Shown: one piece after another, positions 47,175 through 59,100 of the stretch
Position numbering within the stretch: position 1 is the first letter of the stretch
Layout: every line of letters starts with the position of its first letter
Origin: Hamiltosporidium tvaerminnensis FI-OER-3-3
Lineage: Eukaryota > Fungi > Microsporidia
Direction of reading: 5' to 3'
Length of the DNA: 64,000 nucleotides
Assembly: GCA_022605425.2 (NCBI GenBank)
Contig: CM061246.1
Location: forward strand, 806,001 to 870,000
Notes under the pieces: generated by a model
Database searches by the model: none
What the model was told of the DNA's origin: nothing
What the model saw: only the letters and a program-made list of their open reading frames with translations
Program-made: the position numbers and the translations under genes

Positions 47175-50100
47175 ATGCCCAACAAAAACCACCCACTTCC
47201 TCCAGAACATTACCGAAGACTAATAAACCTACCACTTTCATCAAAACACACACTTCCTTCTCTAAAATACCTACCACACTCACTTCTATACCTCTTTAAA
47301 AGTATACCGTTTCCATGGGAAAATATTAAATACGTTAAAGTTCGTTACCACCATAAAAATATATTAACGTTTGTCCAAGACAAAACACGTGTTACTGATT
47401 ATCAAAATAAATGGAAATTTATTTTTAATGAAATTTCTACCAAACAAACCCATATTCTCTCTTTTCCTATTTATGATGATAACCACCCGTTAATCAACTA
47501 TGAAGATATTGTTAACTATCCTTTACCAACACCCTTTAATATCAGTACTAATACAGACAGTAATTATAAGGGTGTTAATGAAAGGGATATAAAGAAGGGT
47601 GTTAACGATAAGAAGATAGTAGAGGGTGTTAACGAAAGGGATATAAAGAAGGGTGTTAATGAAAGGGATATAGAGAAAGGTGTTAATAAGTATAGTAGTT
47701 TAGAGGGTGTTAACGAAAGGGATATAAAGAAGGGTGTTAACGATAAGAAGATAGTAGAGGGTGTTAATAAGTATAGTAATTATAAGGGTGTTAATGATAA
47801 GGATATAGAGAAAGGTGTTAATAACAGTACTAATAAACAACACCATGTTAATAAGACCAACTCTAACCCCACCCTAACCCTAAAAACATGCATAAACAAC
47901 AATACTTCTTACAAATTACAGGGTCATAACTTCCTAAGAAGTAAGAATTCTCTCTTAACAGTAAGAAAACTAAACCTACTAATACCTAACACCCCCTATA
48001 CAAAAAACCCATCCCTTTCCACATATAATTCTCTTCCTATTCAAACTATAAATACTCTTACACACTCATATCATAAAATTGTATATCCATACCTCTACAA
48101 TAATATTTTACCAAATACAAACATTCCACTTGAAAAAATACATCCACAACTCACACACAATACTTGTAATTATAATAACAGTAATAAAGAATATAATTAT
48201 AACTGTAATAATAAAGATAATTATAAAGATAATAAAGATAATTATAACTGTAATGATAAAGAGTTTGAACAGGAAAATAAAAGAATTAAATACAATAATA
48301 ACACTTCATCTGATAAAGAAATTAAATATTTACAACAGCATAAACGCATAAACAGAAATAATACAAAAGAAGAAATAAACAGAGAATGCATAAACAGAAA
48401 TAATATAAAAGAAGAAATAAACAGAGAATGCATAAACAGAGAAGAAATAAAAACCCGCAACCCTCCTAACACATCCAACACATCCAATTCTACTAACACA
48501 TCCAATTCTCCTAACACATCCAATTCTCCTAACACATCCAATTCTCCTAACACATCCAACATATCTAATATTCCCTCTGAAACACCCCTTTTAAAACACC
48601 TCTACACTTACACTACAAACCCCTTAATAACACCTATCTCCCTATCCTTAATAAAACACACCTTAAAAAATAAAAAAGGTAAAAAATCAAATAAAAAAAC
48701 AATAAAACAAATCCTAAAAACAAAATATTTTCACACAACAACACTAGACTGGTTAGAAGTATCACTTTCTACCTTACAACAGTCAAAAAAAATTCTTACA
48801 AATATTTTACGCATAAAAAATATTTCTTACCTTTGCATTGACAATAATTTTAATATAAAACCAACTCGTACATTAACAACAAAAGAACGTAAAAAAAGTA
48901 GACTTGGTTCTTCTTTTCATTTACTTAGAGAAATACTTAAATTACTTAAACATGTCACTGATTTGTTTACTTTATATAGAAGTAATACTATTACATGGTT
49001 AACACTTACTTGTAATATTTATTATGTTTTTAGTCATGTTGGTACACTTACAGGTATTTATAGGTATAAGTATAAAGCTATGAGACAAATAAGAAGATGT
49101 AAGTATTTAAATGCAATAATAAAGGGTATGGTAGGGGGTAGTGTGGTATGGGGTGGGGATAGTAGTAGTGTGGTAGGGGTGGGGATAGTAGTAGTGTGGT
49201 AGGGGGTGTTAGTGATAGTAGTAGTGTGTTAGGGGGTGGTGGGGATAGTAGTAGTAAACAACACCCCTTTAATGACAGTAATAGTAAACAACACCCTGTT
49301 AATAATAATACTAATAATTATCACCCCTTTAATGACAGTAATAGTAAACAACACCCCTTTAATACCGCACCTAATAATTATCACCCTGTTAATAATACAC
49401 CTATTAATTATAACCCTCTTAATACTACTACACCCTCTTTATGGTCTCCTTTGTGGAGAGTATGGTTAGCATTTCTACGTGGTCATACTTCCTTATTATC
49501 CACATACTTATCTAACCTATCCTTACGTATGATAAATGGTAGGAAATATAATAAAAAGAAAATAACAAAACAAAGAATAGAAAGTAATTATGATATTATA
49601 TTACGTAACAGTATTAGAGATACAGTACGTAGATATGTACCACCTGATGTATATACAGAATGTGTTAAGAGTGTATTGTCTTATTATAGTGAAGGATGGA
49701 GGTGTTATAAGAGTAATATTGGGTTTTGTTTAGGGTTAGGTGTTGATAGTATTGTATCTAACCCTAGCCTAACCCTAAATAAATGCATAAACAACTATGA
49801 TAATAGTAAATGCATAAACAACTATGATAATAGTAAATGCATAAACAACTATGATAATAGTAAATACACCTTAACAACTCTATCACCCCCTTTAATAACC
49901 CTGTTATAGATACACACCTTAACAATACTATCACTTCCTTTAACAACTCTATCACCTCCTCTAATAACCCCCTTTATTCTATTATAAATCACTTCTTATC
50001 ACTTAAAGCTATAAATTATTATAATTCAACAGTTAAAACCTATAAAAGAATACTTAACAATAAAAAAGTAGATAAAACAGATATTAAGAAGAATAAAGGT

Positions 50101-53100
50101 AAAATAACAAGGCTTTACCTTAAAAAGGAATTTAACAGACAAAAAATGTATTTAGAAAAAGGACCCTTTATTACAGAAGAAGAGGGTGTTAAGATATACA
50201 AGTTAATGTATGAGTATGTAAGGGGTGTTAATAATAGTAGGGGTTTATGGGGTGTTAATAATAGTAGTAGTGTATTAGAGGGTGTTAGTGATAGTAGGGG
50301 GGTAGAGGGTGTTAATAATAGTACTAATAAACAACAGGGTGTTAACATTAGTACTAATAAACAACACCCCTTTACCGACCCTAACACTAACACTAACACT
50401 AACACTACCACTAACACTACTACTAACACTAACACTACCACTAACACTACCACTAATACTAACCCTAACCCTAACACTAATACTAACACTAATATCCCCT
50501 TCCCTACCTTTAACACTGATACTGACTACAAACTACTATCACTAACACTATCATACATTAAAAACAACTACCCTTTAAACAATAAAGACCAATTATTTAT
50601 ACAAGAATGTATTAACACCCCTGTTAATACACTATCATTAATAAAAAAATCTTTTCTTTTAAAAAGAACATTTACAGATATAAAAATACAATTAACTGAT
50701 ACTTTAACACCCTTTTATACTATAGATTCTATAGATCTTATAACAGATACCTTTTTAGAATATTATTTATGGTATAAAGGGTGTTATTATATACCTGTAT
50801 ATTATAAACCTAGTGATAGTGAAATAATGGGTGTTACAGTACAAAGATACAGTAACACGATAAGTAGCATAGTGTATGGTAATAACGTTAGTGGTAGTGG
50901 TAGTGGTAAGGAATACATAAACAATCTTAGTAAAGACAATTGCATAAACAATCTTAGTAGAGACAAATGCATAAACAATCTTAGTAGAGACAAATGCATA
51001 AACAATCTTAGTAAAGACAAAAGCATAAACAACCTTAGTACAGACAAATGCATAAACAGTGAATGCATAAACAATCTTAGTAGAGACAAATGCATAAACA
51101 ACCTTAGTAGAGACAAATGCATAAACAATCTTAGTACAGACAAATGCATAAACAGTGAATGCATAAACACCAATGACAATACCAATAACAACACTACAAA
51201 TACAAATAACACCAACAACAATAACACCAATACCTATAACTATATCCTTGTTACTTCTACTGTCTCTAATCTTTATAAAAATATAGACTTAACACTTCTT
51301 TATAAATTACTGTTACTTATAATAGATGAAACTCTATGTGATTATATAATAAGTAGGTTAAGATGTACGTTAATATATAAGGATATTAAAGTAGGTGTTA
51401 ATTATGGTGTTATTAAAGGAATACCTTTTAGTTGTTATATTTGTTGTTATTATAGTGTTATTGTTGATATAATGCTTATAGGAATAGAGGGTGTTAATAG
51501 TATGTGTAAGGATAGGGGTATTAGTAATAGAGGTAGTGTTGTAGGGGGTGTTAGTAATAGGGAGTGTATGTTAGAGGGTGTTAGTAATACTAGTGGATTA
51601 GAGGGTGTTAGTAATACTAGTGGAGTAGGGTGTTTAGATGTATTGGTGTTAATATATTAAGGATAGTGTTAGTAATACTAGTGGAGTAGAGGGTGTTAAT
51701 AATAGGGAGTGTATGTTAGAGGGTGTTAATAGTATGTGTAAGGATAGGGGTGTTAGTAATACTAGTGGATTAGAGGGTGTTGGTAAGAGGGATAGTAAGT
51801 TAGAGGGTGTTGGTAGGAGGGATAGTAAGTTAGAGGGTGTTAGTAATACTAGTGGATTAGGGGTTAGTATAATGTAGGTGTTATAGTATGTAAGGATAGG
51901 GTGTTAGTAATACTAGTGGATTAGAGGGTGTTAGTAATAGAGATATTAATGAAGGTGTTAGTAATACATTAGATAAACAACAGGGTGTTAGTAATAATAC
52001 TAATAGCTATCACCCTCTATACAATAATACTAATAGCTATCACCCTCTTAACAACAGTACTACTTATCACCCTCTTAACAACAGTACTACTTATCACCCT
52101 CTTAACAACAGTACTACTTATCACCCTCTTAACAACTATACCAATAGCTATCACCCTCTTAACACTACTAACAACAATACAAACAACAATACCCTTGCTC
52201 ACTACTTAAGATACTTAGATACCTCTTATATATTATTAAGACTATCTGATAATAACATTATAGATTTATTAAGTAATTTAAAAATAAGAAGAAGAATATT
52301 TAAAAATAAATATAATAAAGAATATATCATTAAAGATAAAATATTAACAGCACTTTATATGGAATACAGTAGTAGAGTGTTAAGTAGTGTTTGTAGTATT
52401 AAGAGTAAGGATTTTAGTGTTAGTAAAGGAGAATCATTATATTTCTCAATGGGAGGGTTTAATTGTAAGATAGTAAGGGGTGTTAGTAATAAGGATATGT
52501 TAGAGGGTGTTAATGCTAGTAGGTATATATTAGAGGGTGTTAATGATACGAGTAGAGGACTAGAGGGTGTTAGTAATATGAGTAGTAGGTTAGGTGATAT
52601 AAAGGGTGTTAATGATAAGGGTAGGGGATTAGAGGGTGTTAGTAATAAGGATATGTTAGAGGGTGTTAGTAATACTACTACTGATCAACACCCTTATAGT
52701 ACTAGTACTTATAACCCTCTTAACACCAACACCTACAATCAACACCCTCTTAATCCTAACAATATTAACACCTACAATCAACACCCTCTTAATCCTAACC
52801 CTCTTAATCCTAATAATCAACACCCTCTTAATCCTAACAATATTAACACCTACAATCAACACCCTCTTAATCCTAACAATATTAACACCTACAATCAACA
52901 CCCTGTTAACACCAACACCTACAATCAACACCCTCTTAATCCTAACAATATTAACACCTATAATCCACACCCTCTTAATCCTAATAACTCTAACAATATT
53001 AACAATAATACAGTTATTCTTCCTTCTGGTAATACTCTTGTCTTAACTGTTAGTACTTCTTCTATAAATCTATTAAAATTACAAGTAAACAGACTTTGTA

Positions 53101-56100
53101 TAAGAAGTATAGGAAGTACCTTTATAAAAACAATAAGTAAATGGAATAAAATATTAATTTCATTCCTATGTTATTATAGAGAAGCAGTCACTTGTATTGA
53201 TATTATAAATAAATTAGAAAATAAAATAAAAAGTGTTATTAAGAAAGGAATTAACAGTAAAATGCCTAATAGATTTCCACCTGTTATTTTTTATTCTCCT
53301 TTATATTGTGGAGGTCTTAATATGTATAGTTGTAGTGGATGTGGTGTTAATATACTTAAGTATATTAATTCTTGGAATAAAGAGATTAAAGAAGGAGAAG
53401 AGGCATATAAGGAGATGGAAGGTATAATAAGTAGAAGTGTAAAGGGTTATAATGATATAGGGTATGTAGGGGGTGTTACGTATAAGGAGATAGTAGGGGG
53501 TGTTAATGAAAGGGAGATGGTAGGGGGTGTTAGTAAAAGGGAGGTAGTAGGGGGTGTTAGTAAAAGGGAGATGGTAGGGGGTGTTAGTAAAAGGGAGGTA
53601 GTAGGGGGTGTTAGTAAAAGGGAGATGGTAGGGGGTGTTAATGAAAGGGAGATGGTAGGGGGTGTTAGTAAAAGGGAGGTAGTAGGGGGTGTTAGTAAAA
53701 GGGAGATGGTAGGGGGTGTTAATGAAAGGGAGGTAGTAGGGGGTTATAATGAAAGGGAGATGGTAGGGGGTGTTAGTAAAAGGGAGGTAGTAGGGGGTGT
53801 TAGCAAGGAATATTATAGTAAGGATAGTAGAGGGGGTGTTAATGAAAGGGAGATAGTAGGGGGTGTTAGTAAGGGATATTATAGTAAGGATAGTAGAGGG
53901 GGTGTTAGTAAAAGGGAGGTAGTAGGGGGTGTTAGTAAGGAATATGATACTAGAATTTATAAAGATATAAAAGGTGTTAACATAAGTATTAATGAACAAC
54001 AGGGTGTTAACAACAATACTAATAGATACCCTCTTAACAATACTACTAATACTTATCACCCTCTTAACAATACTACTACTACTTATCACCCTCTTAACAA
54101 CAATACTTATACTTATCACCCTCTTAGTAACACTACTTATACTTATCACCCTCTTAACAATACTAATACTTATCACCCTCTTAGTAACACTACTAATACT
54201 TATCACCCTCTTACCACCTCCCTAACTACCCCTAACCTTCTTAAGTTTAGAGGTAAGTTATCACACCTTTTAAATAAAGGATTACCACGTATTAACACTA
54301 TTTATAACAAAGATAAAGATATAAGGTGTTATGATAAAGGTTATAGAATAAGAGGTATTTATAAGAAATATAATTGTAAATATGATTATTTATATTTTAC
54401 TGATATAAGACATGATGGTAAGATATATGATGTTAGTAGTTATAGTAGTGAATGTGTTATTAAGTTAGGAGGATATAAAGAGATATACAAGCATACCTTA
54501 TACAGTTGTATATTTGGTAGAGATGATAGTAGGGGGTGATAGTGATAGAGGTAGGGATGTAGGGGGTGTTAGAGGTAGGGATGTAGGGGGTGTTAGTAAC
54601 AGAGGTAGTGAGGTAGGGGGTGTTAGTAATAGAGGTAGTGCGGTAGAGGGTGTTAGTAACAGAGGTAGTGAGGTAGGGGGTGATAGTAATAAGGATTTGT
54701 TAGAGGGTGTTAGTAATAGGTATAGTAATATAAAGGGTGTTAGTAATAGTGTAGATGATTATAACCCTGTTAGTAGTAGTACTAGTAATTATAACCCTGT
54801 TAGTAGTAGTACTTGTAATATAAAGGGTGTTAGTAACAGTGTAGATAATTATAACCCTGTTAATAGTATCACTAGTAATTATAACCCTGTTAATAGTAGT
54901 ACTAGTAATATAAAGGGTGTTAGTAATAGTGTAGATGATTATAACCCTGTTAGTAGAATTACGAATAATTATAACCCTGTTAGTAGTAGTACTAGTAATT
55001 ATAACCCTGTTAGTAGTAGTACTAGTAATTATCACCCTGTTAGTAACTGTACTAGTAATTATCACCCTCTTACTACTACTACAAACACCACCCATACTAA
55101 CACCAACAACCATACTATCACCCCCCATACTACCATACCACTTATCTCTTTACATACGTTATCTGCCTTTGAAGAAAGTATGAAATATAAAAAACTAACA
55201 CTAGCACAACAACAAGGTATTAACATATTACCAAATAAAAGATTTATATTCTGGTGGTCACCTACACTTAATAGAAGTAATGTTTACATAGGTTATTGTA
55301 TAGAATTAGAACAAACAGAAATTAAAATGTATGGTAAATTAAATACACTTAAGACATGTTATTTACAAGTATTTAGAAATAGTTTATGGAGTAAAATACA
55401 AAGAAGTATAACAAGAGAAGTAAGTAGATATATGATGGAGGGGTGTGATATGGTGGGGGGTGATGTAGAGGGGGGTGATATGTTGGAAGATATGGTGGGT
55501 TATAATATGGTGGGTGGTAATATGTTGGAGGGTTATAGTAATAGTAATAGTGGTTTTAGTTATAAGAGTAATAGTAATACTAGTAATAGTGGTGTTAGTT
55601 ATAAGAGTAGTAATAGTAACAGTAACACTAGTAATAGTAATAGTAATAACCCTAGTTATACTAGTAACAACACTACTAACAACAATCCTACTAATAATAA
55701 CCCTTCTATTACTATTATTGATAATGACTCTTGTATTGTTGTTAAAAGGGTGTTAAAAGACTTAGAAATAGGATATTATGATACAATAGGGAATAGTGTT
55801 AAGGATAGTGTTAGTAGGGTTAGTAATAAGGATGGTGTTAATGATGGTGTTATTAGTAGGGATAGTGTTAGTAGTAGGGATAATAAGGATTATAAGGATT
55901 ATAAGGATTATAAGGATAATAACGATATTAAGGATAGTGTTATGAATAACCCTAATATACAACCAACACCTAACCATAACCTTATAGATACTAGTAGTAG
56001 TGATACTGTTACTAGTGATACCAACCCTAGTGATAACCTTATAGATACTAACCCTAACCCTAATATATATACAGCTAACCCTAACCCTAATATATATACA

Positions 56101-59100
56101 GCTAACCCTACCCCTAATATATATACAGCTAACCCTAACCCTATAAATACTATTACCTGTAATACCCTTTTAATTAAAGTATTCTTACTATGGGGTGACT
56201 ATGATAATTCTAACATACGTAATTATACATACTATAAGTATAAGACACTAGAGAATAGTGGTATAGGGGGTAGTAGGGGTAGTAGGATAGGGGGTAGGGA
56301 TAAAGGTAATACCAGTAATACTAATAACACATATACTACCACATATACTAACCACACATATACAAACAACACACTAAATAATAACACCCTTTGTCTTGTC
56401 TTGGCTGTTGACTTGTTGTATAACACCTTCTCTTCTTATGGTTATACTAACATTTATATAAAAAATATTTTAAAAAATATAAAAACTATTATTAATAATA
56501 ACAGGTGTATACGTATAATGAAAGAAAGAATAAAAAAGGTGTTAAATATAGGGTTAGAAGTAGAGGAAGGAGTAAAGGGTGTTAATAATATAGAAATATA
56601 TAAATGTGATGTTATTGTTGATGATGAGGGTGTTAATAGGAAAGGTAAAGGGTATGTTGTTATATATATTGTTGGTAAAGGGGTGTTATATGTTATGTGG
56701 GTTAATGGGTGTTATGAGGGTGATATAGGAGAGTATATAGCAAGGGGTGTTATAGGTATAATAGAGAGGGAGTATAATATGTTGGGGGGTGATAGTGAAG
56801 GTATGGATGTTAGTATAGAGGGTAATATAAAGGGTGTTAGTGAAGGGATGGGTAGTGGAAAGCTGGGGGGTGTTAGTAGGTTGGAGGGTAATATAAAGGG
56901 TGTTAGTAGGTTGGAGGGTAATATAAAGGGTGTTAGTAGGTTGGATGGTAATATAAAGGGTGTTAGTAGGTTGGATGGTAATAGTACTAATACCTTACAC
57001 CCTGTTAGTAACAGTACTTATGAACAACCCCCCTTTAGTAATAGTACTAGTATACACCCTGTTAGTAACAGTACTAATACCTTACACCCCTTTAGTAACA
57101 TGTATGCTAATACCTTACACCCTGTTAGTAACAGTACTAATACCTTATCACCCCTTTAGTAACAGTACTAATGAACTACACCCTGTTAGTAACAGTACTT
57201 ATTAACTTACACCCTGTTAGTAATACCAATCCAATACCTAATCATAACCCTATACCTAACCCTAACCCCAACAGTAATAATATTCTTATCTGCTCACTTC
57301 GTAAATCCTTTATGGAGTATTTAAGTGTTATTTGTATGGAAAAAGAAAGATTAGAAATAACAGGGTGTTATAATAATATAAATATACCTTTTAAAATATT
57401 TATAAAAGAATATTTAAAAGAATATTTAAAAGGTGTTAATAAAGAAGGAATATGGAAATGTAATTTATATGACGGATGGGGTGTTATTAGTAAGTATACA
57501 TCATTTTGTAGGTTAATGGTTATTCTTAGAGGAATGCATGTTAATTACAAGGAGAGTAAGAGGGTAATGTATAGTGGTGGTAGAGGGGAGGGTGATAGGG
57601 ATAGTGGTGATATGGATAGTGGTAGAGGGGAGGTGATAGGGATAGTGGTAGAGGGGAGGGTAATATGTAATGGTGGTAGAGGGGAGGGTGATAGGGATAT
57701 GTTAGTAGGTAGTAATAAGGATATAAGTAGTAATAGGGGTAATAAGGGTATAGTGTTACCAAAACCTAACCCTTTATTTAATAGTAGTATTACTAACCCT
57801 TTATTTAATAGTAGTATTACTAACCCTTTATCTAATAGTAGTATTACTAACACCCTATCTACTAACACCCTATCTACTAGTATTATTACTAACACCCTAT
57901 CTACTAACCCTTTATCTACTAACCCTAACCCTAACCCTAATACTACCCCATACCCTTTATCTACTAACATTACATATGTTAATAATATATTTCCTATTCT
58001 TAGTGATTCTGAGTGGATAAAAGTAGAAAAAGAATTAAAAGATATAATTATTAACGATTATAGTGTTAAGAATAGAATAGAAAGTAGTAAATTAACACAT
58101 GGAGAGATAAGGGATATTATATTTGGTATAGAGTTAATTAAAAGGGAGGAAATAATGAAGTGTGGTGATATGGAGATGGGGGGTGGTATTATGGAGGGAG
58201 GTGATAAGAGTATGGGGGAGGGTGGGTATATGGGTGGTGATATAGAGGGGGGTGATCTGGTTGTTAGGGTTAATAATCCTTTTATAGAGACTAACCCTAA
58301 CCCTAACCCTACTGTTTGCATAAATAGAAATGACTTTAATCCTTTTATAGAGACTAACCCTTTAGATAACACTAATCTTTGCATAAATAGAAATGACTTT
58401 AATCCTTTTACAGAGACTGACCCTAACCCTAACCCTAACCCTAACACTAATGTTTGCATAAATAGAAATGACTTTAATCCTTTTACAGAGACTAACCCTT
58501 TAGATAACCCTTTAGATAAGACTAATGTTTGCATAAATAGAAATGACTTTAATCCTTTTATAGAGACTAACCCTTTAGATAACACTAATGTTTGCATAAA
58601 TAGAAATGACTTTAATCCTTTAGATTACACTAATATTTGCATAAATAGAAATGACTTTAATCCTTTAGATAACACTAATAACAATATAAGTACTAACACC
58701 CTTTATACTAACACCCTTTATACTACTAACACCCTCAATACCCTTTATACTAACACCCTTTATACTGTTTTAAGGCTTTGTAATATATATAATAACTATA
58801 GACATGTTATAAGTAAAGAATTACTAATATCATTTATACGTATGACAGATTTGACAGGTGTATTTTATGGGGTGTTAATAGATAATAAGTATGGTAGAGG
58901 TATAGGGGTGTTACCACAGTACTATAATAATAAAAGGCTTTATACTGTAAAAAGTATTAATTTAAAGGGTATTGAGGGTGTTATTGGTGTTAGGGGTGTT
59001 GTTTTTTTTAATGGGTCTTTAGAAGATATTAGGGGTGTTGTTTTAAAGGTGGGTGGGGGTGTTAGAAGTGTGTGGGTTGTTAATGTTATGAAGGATAGGA

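Noticed and set aside
54515-55160. Insert adjacent to the classic fungal PRP8 intein site (just before S(G/A)FEESMK)
   Set aside because: No intein hallmarks: no C-terminal His-Asn before the Ser, no splicing blocks, no homing endonuclease. It is the same low-complexity repeat as the other inserts.
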